In this document: positions 1 through 10,993 of the stretch, in pieces
Position numbering within the stretch: position 1 is the first letter of the stretch
How the letters are laid out: each line of letters opens with the position of its first letter
Assembly (NCBI GenBank): GCA_951406725.2
Contig: OX597820.1
Span: 108,314,001 to 108,378,000, forward strand
DNA length: 64,000 nt
Source of the DNA: Octopus vulgaris
Taxonomy: Eukaryota
Direction of reading: 5' to 3'
The notes under the pieces: model-generated
Databases searched by the model: none
What the model was told of the DNA's origin: nothing
Seen by the model: the letters and a program-made list of their open reading frames with translations, nothing else
Translations under genes and position numbers: made by a program

Positions 1-511
1 ATCTTAGAAAGGTTAAAATTAAAATGACAATTAAAAAGTAAAGATTAAGTAAATTACAAAAATAATATAATGTATATAATAGGTCAAATATATATATATA
101 TATATACATGCATATACTAAATGCTCCACTATATTAAATTGTAAATTGAAAGATTTGTCCTTCAATGTATGATGAGTAAAATTTCATAAAGTCCATGCTT
201 GAAAAAGAGACTCTCTTGTGTTGAAGTTACAAATGACAGAATACAAACTGACAACTACTGAGTCTGTTGTCTGATCTTCAATTGATTTAGTCTAATATCT
301 CACTGATTAAATAAATATTAAGTTTTATCATACAGGAGCAACTGGTTCCACAAATTAAAGTGAAATGGTTTCATTGAAATATTAGAATATCCTTTGTTCA
401 ATGTTGCATTTTCAAAAACCAAAACATATGTGTAGAACTGTGTGTGTGTTTAATACAGTTTATTTAACAAATTTGGTCCTTCATCTGGTACAGCTTATTA
501 TAGAGATATTT

Positions 512-3490
512 TCAGCTATTCGATTTGGGGCAGAACTTAGTTATGAAATATTTTTCCATATTCCTCCTGAAGGAGGAGTCATTCTTTGGACATTTGTAGA
601 AGGGAAAGATCTTAAATTTTCCTTGTCCACATGTATCTAGGTGTTTACTCAGTGGTATCTTGCGCAGTTCCTCCTGTTGGACATGTTGTCAGTGAATCCT
701 GGCTCGTTGGCATAAAGAATTTCCAGTTTCAGCTATATAATCCTCCTTGCACATGGGGCAGGTTATGCAGTATATTACATTCTGCGTTTTGCAGTTCATA
801 TCTGCATTTATTTTAAATATGTGACCACTTTTAAATTTCATTTCTTTGTCTCCCTCTATGTATTTGTAGGTGGGGTTACTGCAGATCCCACACCTATCAT
901 CTCTGCACTCTTTTACAAAGAATTCAGTTTTAGTTTCTGAAGAGAATTTCGCTCTTGTTAGATGTTTCTTTAGGTTTTTGTCTTGTCGTCTACTGTTTTT
1001 TATGCAATATTTATTTAGTATGTTTTCCATTTTGGGGCTTTCTAAGGCTATTGGCAGGTTTGAATGTATGATTTGGAACATGTTGGAAACTCCAGGGTTG
1101 TGTGTGTTTATGAAAGGGATAATGTTTTCTTTGTTTTTTGCTTTGGGTGTCCTGAGTTGTGCGATGTCTAGTTTCATTGCTCTTGTGATTCCATTTTCTA
1201 TTAGTTTAAGGGCGTATTTTTGCTCTAGCTGGAAGTTTTAAGTTCATCTAGCCTTATTAGTCGTGTTTGTGAGTCAGTTACTATGCTGTATATGCGTCTT
1301 GCCATACTATATGGGATGTTTCTTTTTGTGTGGGATGGGTGGCATGAGTGGAAATTTAAATATTGGTGTGTGTCAGTTTTTTTGTAGTGGATGTCTGTTG
1401 TGATGATGGAGTTGTGTATTTTGATGTTGATGTCTAGGAAGGAAGTTCGTTGTGGCTGGTATCTATTGTGAAGTTGATAGATGGATGCAGCGTATTGAGG
1501 ATGTTGTGGAATGTTTGTAGGTCTTCTTCTGATCTGTTCCAAAAGATGAAGCAGTCATCGAGGTAGCGTTTCCACTTTTTCTTAATGTCTTCCCTAAAGT
1601 CGTGTTCGAAGACTTTCCCTATTTCATCGTATAGTTTGTTCTCCAGGAAACCCATCACCAAGTTGGTATATGAAGGTGTGAATTTTGTACCCATAGCCGT
1701 GCCCTTTATCTGTTGGTATGTCTTGTTGAATGAGAACGTATTTCCTTTGAGTATTAATTGGGTGGCTTGGGTGATAAAGTCTGTCTTGAAACGTTCGTCT
1801 ATGAGTTCCCTGTATTTTTTTTACCGATTGTCTTATTGCTTTCAGACCTAGGGTGTGTGGTATGTTTGTGTATAGATTTGTGACATCGAAGCTTGCAAGT
1901 ATGGTGTTTTTCGGGACTGTATTTGGAATGTGTGTGAGGAAGTCTATGTCATCCTATATGTAGCTTGGTATCTGTGGGCATAAAGGTTTGAGGAGTACAT
2001 CTATGAAGTGGCTTAGTTGTTGTGCTGGTGCCTGGGGTCCTGCCACTATTGGTCTCATTGTGAGGTCTGCGGGTCTTTGTATTCTTATATAGTGGTTCCT
2101 CTGTTCCTTTATGGCTCTCTGTATTTCAGAGCTTTTATGAATTTTAGGTAATCCATAAAAGTTGCTATCTTTGGTTCTTGAGTTGCATAGATAGTCTTTC
2201 TCCTTATCTGTAAAGGAGTCCTGGTATTCATTGACTAAAGTTCTAATTTTTTTTATTGTTGCTTTCTCCGGTGGTGTGGGTTCCTCTTTATAGTATGTCT
2301 GGTTGTTCAGTAACTCCAGTATCTTTTCTTTGTAGTAATCTGTATCCATAACTATTGCTCCACCTTTGTCAGCTTCTTTTATAATGATTGACTTGTCATT
2401 TTTTAGTTTTTGTAAGGCTTGTTTTTCTCCTCTGCGGAGATTCTGTTTGCGTTTGTGTGTGTTGAGAGGGAATTTGGATATTGTCTCTACGTATGCGTCA
2501 AGGTGTTTGTCACTTCCTTTGTAAGGGGTGAAATGGGATTTTTTTCTTATGATTGAGTTATCTTCTGTTTCTTTATTTTCAAAGAATTCCATAAGGCGGA
2601 GGTGGCGGCTGAAGTTGTCTATATCAGTTTTTAGTTCTATGAGGTTTGGAGTGGGTGTAGGTGTAAATTTGAGGCCTTTTAGTAGTAGGTTCATTTCATT
2701 TTCGTTAAGTTCTCTTTTAGATAGGTTTATTATTTTGGGGTCTATGTGTTTTGTGTGTTCATCCAGAATTTTTGGTGTATTGAGTCTGGAGTATGGTTGA
2801 AGTATCCTTTCCCTAAAAAAGGGGTTGTGTTGTTGCGTCTCCAAATTCCATTTTCAGTTCTTAGGTTTTCTTGTAGTAGTAGGGGTGTTCTGTGTGGTCT
2901 GTATGTGTTGTTTTGTCTTTGGCAGTTGTTTTCTTCCCATCTTCTGTGTTTGTTGAGCCAATTTCTATTACTGTGGTTCAGGTTTCTTTGTGGGTAGGTG
3001 GATGGTTCATGTATTGTGTTTGTATTGTATTGATAGTGGGGGTTGTTTTTTATACATCTTGTAAATTTGTGGGGTTGCATGGGGTTGGTGTTTGTGTGGT
3101 TTGGATTTCCTCGATGTTTGTTGTAGGTTATGTGTTGATTTCTATCCACTTGTTTATTGTTCCATGTGTGTGTCCTTTTAGGATGTCCAGTGTTATGTGT
3201 TGGTGGTTGTTCATATTCTATTTGTTCTCTCCAAGTGTTATAGGTTGTTGGTTGTATGTATCGTGCTCGTCTTGCTGCTTGTGTGTTTGTCTTTGTGGGG
3301 TTTTGGGTTGATGGTTGACTTTCATATTTTGTGTGTCTGTTTATTGGTGTAAGGAGTGGGATTTTGGTTTGTGTTTGGTAGGGCTTATTTGGAAGTCTGG
3401 GAGTCCAATATGTTCGTGGTGTTGGTTTGTTGTATGTTTTCATTTGTTTTGTTAGTTTTTTTGTCTTCATAATTGATTTTTCCCCATAGT
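512..3490 (-). mobile_element. Penelope-like retroelement (RT + GIY-YIG), frameshifted, near full coding length
   Basis: Consecutive minus ORFs carry PLE motifs: IINLS..LLLKGLKFTPTP, IIKEADKGGAIV, FYGLPKIHK, MRPIVAG, MGTKFTPSYTNL, WKRYLDDCFIFW, FLDI..TDIHYKKTDTHQYL..SCHP, then a Cys linker CRDDRCGIC and GIY-YIG NVIYCITC..YIAET. The frame ends KYFITKFCPKSNS* at about 512. Confidence 0.93.
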
Positions 3491-3508
3491 TCTTACATAT
3501 ATATATAT

Positions 3509-3773
3509 CACATGATCACGTGACCGACCAGACCATCAGATGTTGTTACAATGCGTTCGCATTGTTTTAGCCTTCGGATGACGCCACCCCACTGGCTAAG
3601 CGAGCAGGCCAACAGAAGAAAGAGTGGTGAAAGAGTACAGCAGGGATCACCACCCCCTGCCGGAGCCTCGTGGAGCTTTTAGGTGTTTTCGTTCAATAAG
3701 CACACACAACGCCTGGTCTGGGAATCGAAACCGTGAGTCTGCTGCCCTAACCACTAGGCCATTGCGCCTCCAC
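3509..3773 (-). mobile_element. tRNA-headed SINE (family A)
   Basis: Reverse complement begins GGAGGCGCAATGGCCTAGTGGTTAGGGCAGC..GGTTTCGATTCCC (A/B-box-like). Homologous copies lie at 3791, 28780 and 42795. Confidence 0.8.
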
Positions 3774-3790
3774 ATATATATATATATACA

Positions 3791-4044
3791 TGTGGAGGTG
3801 CGATGGCCCAGTGGTTAGGGCAGCGGACTCGCGGTCGTAGGATCGTGGTTTTGATTCCCAGACTGGGCGTTGTGAGTGTTTATTGAGCGAAAACACCTAA
3901 AAGCTCCACGAGGTTCCGGCAGGGTGTGGTGATCCCTGCTGTACTCTTTCTTCTGTTGGCCTGCTCGCTTAGCCAGCGGGGTGGCGTCATTCGAAGGCTA
4001 ATGTAACAACATCTGATGGTCTGGTCAGTCACGTGATCACATGA
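3791..4044 (+). mobile_element. tRNA-headed SINE (family A), head-to-head with previous copy
   Basis: GGAGGTGCGATGGCCCAGTGGTTAGGGCAGCGGACTC..GGTTTTGATTCCC, with the same body and tail as 3509-3773. Confidence 0.8.
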
Positions 4045-4057
4045 TATATATACATAT

Positions 4058-4759
4058 CTCTTGAACAAGCCTCAAATTGTGTAGGTCTTTACCTCAATGA
4101 GGCCAAGACTGAATACATAAACAAGTGCCTGTCCAACAGTGATTGCATCATCCATACTCTCAACAATGCGCCCTTAAATATGGTTTCTGATTACAAATAT
4201 CTTGGGTCATACATATCATCATCTGGAAAAGACTTTCTAACTAGAAAGGGTATGGCCTGGTCAGCCTGTAATGACATGCATAAGATCTGGTCATCAAATC
4301 TAAGTAGAGATTTCAAACTTGAAATCTTCAAACCCACAGTCGAACCAATTCTACTATACAGCTCAGAAACCTGAACGTTCTCAAAGAAGCTTGAGAGGCA
4401 GTTGGATGGAACCTACACTCGCCTCCTTATGAGGGGTCAAAATCTCTCGTGGAAGCGCCATCCAACTAAAATGCAAATATATGGGAAACTACCACCTGTG
4501 TCATCTCTTGTGAAAGGTAAGAGAGTCCAGTTTGCTGGACATTGTTGTAGAGCTGAAAAAGAGGTAATTTCTACTCTTCTCCTCTGGAAGCCATCTACTC
4601 GCAATACCAGAGGGCGCACACTCCCCTACCCTGATGTAATCTCCAGGGATACAGGCATCCAGCAACAGCACCTCTGTAATGCCATGATGGACCGTGAAGT
4701 CTGGCGTAGCATGGTAAATTCCATTGTCTCGACCACGGTCGAACAATGATGATGATGAT
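4058..4759 (+). mobile_element. 5'-truncated RTE-like LINE 3' end
   Basis: YKYLGSYI, PILLYSSET*T, FAGHCCR and AMMDREVWR motifs, followed by a (GAT)n tail. Confidence 0.85.
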
Positions 4760-4988
<229 letters not shown>

Positions 4989-5116
4989 CGGGAAGCTTTA
5001 TGAAAATAGACAAAAGATGAAGGCAGGTTTACGGAAATAAACAAAAGATGAAGGCAGGTGGAATACAAACAAACAATTGTATTAGTATGGCGCTCTGGAA
5101 ATATAAATAAAACAAG

Positions 5117-5154
5117 TCTTTAACATTTCGAGCCTACGCTCTTCAACAGAAAGA
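5117..5154 (-). ncRNA. Minimal hammerhead-ribozyme-like motif (variant core) inside a short non-coding element
   Basis: Minus strand reads TCTTT-CTGTTGA-A-GAGC-GTAG-GCTC-GAAA-TGTT-AAAGA. Stems I and II pair. The core is CUGUUGA rather than CUGANGA. Confidence 0.55.
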
Positions 5155-5424
5155 TACACAGAGAAGAAACACAGAAAGAAGGAGAGAAAAAAAATGCGTG
5201 CAGAGGCTAGCGAATCAACATGGCGATCTGATTTCGGCCAGAAGTCAAAGATCAAACGTGAGACGCAAGAGCGAAATTAGGGGAGATAATAGGGTTAAAT
5301 GACCTCGCTCCAACATAAGAGTGTGTGTGTGTGTATGAGAGAGTATTAGTGCGTATGAGAGGTCTGGACGTGTGTATGTATATATGATGTGATGTGTAAA
5401 GTCGTATGGTGTAGTGTAGAGAGA

Positions 5425-5575
5425 GGAGATGAGGGAAGAGGGGGGAGGTAAGGGGGAGAGAGGGGAGGGGTGAGTGAAAGAAAGGGGAGAAGAGGAGGGG
5501 GAAGGGGGAGAAGGAAGGAAAGGAGAAGAGGAGGGGAGAGAAGGGGGAGAAGGAAGGAGAGGAGAAGAGGAGACA
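5425..5575. repeat. Polypurine (GGA/GAA-rich) low-complexity tract
   Basis: Almost pure G/A on the plus strand, with multiple G runs. Confidence 0.9.
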
Positions 5576-6061
5576 CACATATATATATGTACATGATATG
5601 CTTCTTTTAGTCTCCGTCACCCAAATCCACTCACAAAGCTTTGGTCAGCCTCAGCCTATAGCAGAAGACACTTGCCATGTAGTGGGACTGAACATGGAAC
5701 TATGAAGTTGGGAAGCAAACATCTTAGCACACAACCACAACTGTGCCTAGTTCTTTATAAATAATATTAGAATTTTTTATAGTAATTTTTTTCATCAGTG
5801 TATATATACATAGATGTCATTATGTATGTCTACACATGCACACACAGAACCATATGTTTGCTTTAAAATCTATATTTCCATTCTAGTATGGGACAGAGGT
5901 GGATTTTCTAGTCAGATGCCCTTCGTGTTGGGTAACTCTCACCTATTTTCAAGCAAGATAATATTTTCCCATGACCAGATATGTTTTGCAGAATATTGGA
6001 AATGAATGGCACTCTTGCATGATAGTGATGCTTATGTAGAACTATCACATGATGTCAAAAT

Positions 6062-6428
6062 GAGTTGCTTCCCAACCACATGGTTTTAGGTTCTGTCCCA
6101 CTGCATAGCATCTTGGGCAGGAGTTTTCTGCCATATCCTCAGGCTGTTTAAAGCCTTGTGAGTGGATTTGGTAGATGGGAATTGCAAGAGACCTGTTGTA
6201 AGTATATACGTGTGTGTCTTTGTGTCTGTGTTTATCCCCTACCACCTCTTGACAACTGATGTTGGTGGATATACGTCCCTGTAACTTAGTGGTTTGGCAA
6301 AAGAGACTGAGAGAATAAGAACTGGGGTTAAAAATAAACGTACTGGGGCTGATTCGTTTGACTGAAATTGTTCAAGGCAGTGCCCGAGCCTGGCTGTAGT
6401 CTGAAATAAGTAAAAGATAAAAGATATA
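6062..6428 (+). mobile_element. SINE (family B; many copies in the window)
   Basis: TTGCTTCCCAACCACATGGTT..GTCCCACTGC..GTGAGTGGATTTGGTAGA body with an AAAAGAT-type tail. Related copies lie at about 5600-5750(-), 8730-9070, 9500-9650, 24900-25215(-), 26770-27160(-), 47095-47390 and 57730-58245(-). Confidence 0.75.
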
Positions 6429-6774
6429 CAATGGACATCTTCTTGCTTTTGTCAACCAAAACCATTCACAAGGTTTTTGTTGGCCTGAAACAATAATCAA
6501 AGTGCCATGCAGTAAGACTAAACTCAAAACCATGTGGTTGGGAAGAAAACTTCTTAACTACACAGCCATGCCCATGCATGTACAAATGGTTATACACATA
6601 TGTTTATACAAAGACACAAATATAAACAGGAATTCACAATTCTAATCACATCTTTTCCTCCAGAGGCATTAACTTTTCAGAAATAACAGATATCAAATTA
6701 GAAAATGATGATGTTCATATTTTGTGAAGTATGATTATGTGCAATTGGCAATTAAAACCAAACTGTGGACTCAC

Positions 6775-6890
6775 CTCTCTGCTACTGGGGTCATGAGTTC
6801 AAAACATATGCTAGCTTCCATATATTTAGTATGCTTAAGTAAGATCAATAACTTTGCGAGCTTGAGTTTTGTTGGCTTGACATGTTCCAT
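6775..6890 (-). CDS. Putative first coding segment of an unidentified downstream gene (MEHVKPTKLKLAKLLILLKHTKYMEASICFELMTPVAE-)
   Basis: Strong Kozak context (aggATGG), 38 open codons plus 2 nt, ending exactly at a consensus donor GAG|GTGAGT. No homology recognised. Confidence 0.35.
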
Positions 6891-7051
6891 CCTTTGTAAG
6901 TAGTTAGCAGTAGGAAAAACTGTCAAAGTGATTTTGCTCTAATATGCAAATGTGAGAAATTATAAAAAAAACCTTTTCTGGTGTCAATGGATGTAAAATC
7001 AATGACAAAAAAACAAAAAGCACAATTTTTGATGTTTTAAAAATATGTTTA

Positions 7052-7876
7052 TTATTTATCTTCTTTATAGAGAAATAAGAAAAGTTTCAGTCCTCGTTTA
7101 GGGTGTGGTCTGCAAGAGAACAAGGCTCCTCGGAAAACCTCTACAGATAAGGTCAAGGCTAGCTGAATATCTGAAATGTTCCTTGGATAGAACTGGAGCA
7201 AAAAATGTCCATTGGGTTTTAAAATGTGAGAAACAAAAGAATAAAATCTTCCTAAAATGCATTTTGAATCTTTTGTAACTAATAACCACTGTAAAAATGA
7301 AGTACTGATGACAACATCAAAACAATTTGGGCGAAAGGGAAGTCTGTAACTATGGTCAAGTTGGAGGTAATCACAACTCTTCAAAGACTTCTTTTTCACA
7401 GCCATAGATAGCATTGACATACTAATGTCAGTGCCAATAAAATGGCAATTATTTGAAGTGAAACTTTCAGTACTTACACCTGTACCACAGCCAATGTCTA
7501 ACAACAACAATGGACTCTTATGGTAAATTAAAGAAATGATCTCAAATATTTTTCTCAGTATTGAATACTGAATATCTAATTGCCTAGTATTATTATTAAA
7601 AGAAAGAGCCAACTGTGGTGTGTAGAATAGGCGAGAGTCTGCTACTTTTAGTTCTGGTCTGCGCTGTTTGGCTGAAGTCTGTTTTAAGTTTGGAATGTTG
7701 AATTTTGATAAATCAAAGACTTGTTGATATTGAGTTATAAATGGTATCTTCTCTAGGTTAGTGTCTGGTAGAATGTAAATTAAATTTTCTGGGTTCTTGA
7801 TAGAAGAATGATAACGTATTATATAAACTGCAAATGACCTACTTCTGGTAAGCCATTGACAATTTGAGGTTATCAT
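7052..7876 (-). CDS. Divergent BUD23/WBSCR22-like class I SAM methyltransferase with N-terminal extension, single coding exon (274 aa)
   Basis: Intact ORF collinear with BUD23: RRPE..LFY..TRQLDIQ, LLDIGCGTGVS, IGTDISMSML, LPFRPNCFDVVISTSFLQWL, LQFYP, KLFLFL. First in-frame ATG is at 7876, with an in-frame TGA just upstream of the TTG at 7894. Polypyrimidine acceptor ..TTTTCTATTTTCAG puts the exon start at 7983. AATAAA overlaps the stop. Confidence 0.85.
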   Translation of the reverse strand: MITSNCQWLTRSRSFAVYIIRYHSSIKNPENLIYILPDTNLEKIPFITQYQQVFDLSKFNIPNLKQTSAKQRRPELKVADSRLFYTPQLALSFNNNTRQLDIQYSILRKIFEIISLIYHKSPLLLLDIGCGTGVSTESFTSNNCHFIGTDISMSMLSMAVKKKSLKSCDYLQLDHSYRLPFRPNCFDVVISTSFLQWLLVTKDSKCILGRFYSFVSHILKPNGHFLLQFYPRNISDIQLALTLSVEVFRGALFSCRPHPKRGLKLFLFLYKEDK

Positions 7877-8177
7877 TGGCAGGCAAAAGTACAATCAACT
7901 TGACATGGGAGTAGTTCAGGAGATATTCAAACATGAATCATCAAAGTCAATTAAGGAAGTGGATTATTCAACAAATAACATAACTGAAAATAGAAAACAA
8001 AAAAAAAACATAAAATTTCACCAAGATTCTAGACAACAAATGGGAGAACAACAATGGTACTTAATCTTTTGGCAGATAATCATCAATGAATGGCTGTAGA
8101 AATATTGTAACAGTACACAACAAATTATGATTCTTTTATTATGACTTTTATCAGTTGGCTGTGTAGAAAATGCTTAA

Positions 8178-8398
8178 CCCTTTCGTTACTGAATTTATTT
8201 TGAGATGCTCAGTGTTTCTTCCAATTATGTTAAATATAACAAAGAATTAATTAAAATAACATCGTTATCATTAAGCTAGAGTTAGGGACATAAATTGTGA
8301 CTAAGGTTTGGTGGAAGGTTTTAATTCAGAACTTTTGAAAACCAGACATTTGTACAAAAGAGCCAGAGCCGGTTTCAGCCGGGTTGGTAATGAAAGGG
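8178..8398. mobile_element. piggyBac-like MITE
   Basis: TTAA|CCCTTTCGTTAC ... GTAATGAAAGGG|TTAA: terminal inverted repeats with a TTAA duplication. Confidence 0.85.
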
Positions 8399-9867
8399 TT
8401 AAAGTTTGAGTTGTTTATAAGATAATGATTTTTCTAGAATATTCTTCTCATAAATTCACAGAAGTGAATTCTTTGTCTTTTGCAACATTTGGCAGAATAT
8501 TTGTAGAGAACAAGTTACAAGATGGCTTCACTTTTTATTTTATTTGACTGGTTTTTTCACAATCTTACAACAAATTTGATAATCAATATGTACATCAGAG
8601 ACGTTTTTGATTGTCTTATCTTCTTTTTAGCAAAATTGTTGTCAGGAGAATAGGGCTTGGAAGAAGGTCCTGCTAAGAATAGACGTAATAAATCGGGAAA
8701 ATATAATTTATAAAAATTTAAAAATAGGAGCAGGCATGGCTGTGTGTTTAAGAAGTTTGCTTCCCAGATTCAGTCCTATTGCATGTCATCTTTGAAAAGT
8801 GTCTTCTCCTATAGCCCTGGACTGTGTGTAAGTGTGCGCGCATGCATTTTGTGATTCCTTGTCTTGACATCATGTGGGGACATATATGAGTGTTGCAGTC
8901 ATACAATCAGTGTCAGTTATTTCAAGTATCCTGCAAAGACATATGCCACTATGAGAATGTAGCTTACTTAGAAACAAACAAGGGTTGGTAATAGGAAGGG
9001 TGTCTGGCCGAAGAAAATCTGTCTCAATAACCCTGTCTGAGCCATGAGAGCATGAAAAAGTATATGTCATGGTAATGATGGAAAAAATCTGTGCCTTGAC
9101 AGTGGTGGTACTATTCAGAGTTGTAGGCATGCCACTTACATATAGCAGCTGTGTTCAGGAGAGGCATGATAGTCATAACAATTACTTGCTTCAAAGGCTG
9201 GCAGGGTTATCTATACAGAAATAGATAAAACTAATTACAAATACTTACACAACGGAGGCGTTTTGTGTTTCATAAAGATTATTACAGCAGTAACTATACC
9301 ACAGTTAATACAAAAGCAAAATAAAATATTGGATTGATGTCCTATTTATTGTTGCTAAGGTAACATATGGAGAGTAATGTAAGGTGTGTTTTTGAAAACC
9401 AAAAATGCACTAACATTGTTATCTAAACAGAAATAAAAATCACAAAGGGTGTATTATTGACATACTTTCAATACATTTACTAACATAAAGTGGAGAACAC
9501 CATGGTTAGGTGATTAAGAAATTTGCTTCCAAGTGGTTTAGGGTTCAGTTCCACCATGTGAAACCTTGGACAAGTGTCTTCCACTATAGCCAAGGGCCAA
9601 ACAAAGTTTTGTGAAATGGATTTGGTAAATGGAAACGATGAGGTCCATTACACACATACATATGTATATACACATAAGATATTGAATGAAGTCTAGTAAC
9701 CAGTTGATCTTAGTAAGGGGGGAGCTAGTGAGCAATAATGTTGCTGAGAGAAAGGCACTGAAATGGCACACATTTTCACCTGATGATCCTCATAAGTCTC
9801 CTAGTGTCTGGAGTATGGAGCTTTCAACTGTAGCACTTGTATCTGCAAGTTATTTATAAATAATATA

Positions 9868-10731
9868 TGAGGGGGTACCCAAAAATAACTGGAAACGTTT
9901 TATGTGGGTCAAGCCCACTGTAGTTCAGGCTGTCATTGTTAGAAGCCACTTGATGTGACTGTCAGATATCAGTCTGCCATCCTCTGGCATCAGGTGTAGT
10001 CCTACTGCCATGTGGTGTGTCTTTGTTTTGCAGTGTTTCTCCCTTGTTTGTCAATTCTTGTGATGGCTGAAATGAAGGAACAACATGCTTCCATGAAATT
10101 CTGTTTTCTCCTGGGGAAATCGGTGGCTGAAATAGCTATTATGCCTCGTAAAACACAAGTTTACAAGTGGTTTTCATGCTTTAGGAATGGTTACTTGTTG
10201 CTTGTGGACAAACTTTGTTCAGGGCAACTGTTGATCTCCCGAATGAATGAAAACATCATGAAAATTCATGAACTGGTCTTGGAGGACCATTACTGAACAA
10301 TTGACAAACTTGTTGATATGACTGGTGTATCTTGAATTTTGAGTGAAGAATTACAAATGAAAAAAGTTGCAGCAAAATTTGTGCCTCGCTTGCTCACAGA
10401 AGATCAAAAGTAGTCACAACTGAATGTATGTTATGAACAGAAAGAACAGCTGAAAGTTGATCCAGACCCTTTTTTGAAGGCCATCACTGGTGACAAAAGC
10501 TGGTGCAATGGAATTTGCAGATGTGGAAGAGGTGAAAAGAAAAACAACAGAGGTGTTAAAAGGCATCACTTCACAAGAGTTCCAGCACTGTTTCAAACAG
10601 TGAAAATCACATCTGGACTGATGCATTGCTTCAAATGGAGAATACTTTGAAGGTGATAAAAGTGCAAACATGTAAAACTAAGGGAATAAAATAGTATTGC
10701 AAAATTCTGGCTTCTTTTGGGTACCCCCTCG
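9868..10731 (+). mobile_element. Mariner element, internally deleted and decayed
   Basis: TIRs TGAGGGGGTACCCAAAA / TTTTGGGTACCCCCTCG flanked by TA. Remnants include EQHASMKFCFLLGKS, KTQVYKWFSCF, AKFVPRLLT, ITGDKSW and C-terminal NGEYFEGD. Confidence 0.9.
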
Positions 10732-10993
10732 TATATACACAAAATATATATATGATATATACCTACTACATATGTGGAAAATCAGTGTGTGCTTGTGGCA
10801 TTGTTAGCTAACTCCTCCTACATCATTTTATTGATTTTGATGAAACTTGACATGTGAGTAGAACTCATCTGGAAACCTCATGACATACTTAGATTGTTGA
10901 AAAATCGATAATAAGGCCCCTGGAAGGGACCTTTATATCTACCGTATATAACTAATTCTTTTTAAACACCCAAGGGAAATAACCCATTTCATT

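Noticed and set aside
170-285. Hammerhead at the 3' end of the first PLE
   Set aside because: Only TTGAAGA..GAAA is present on the minus strand, without convincing stems.
2742-3470. 242-aa N/T/Q/H-rich ORF as an independent gene
   Set aside because: It overlaps and leads into the PLE ORF with the same compositional bias, so it is probably the frameshifted PLE N-terminus.
3791-3865. tRNA gene-like sequence
   Set aside because: It is a SINE head that continues into a repeated body and tail, and no complete cloverleaf is evident.
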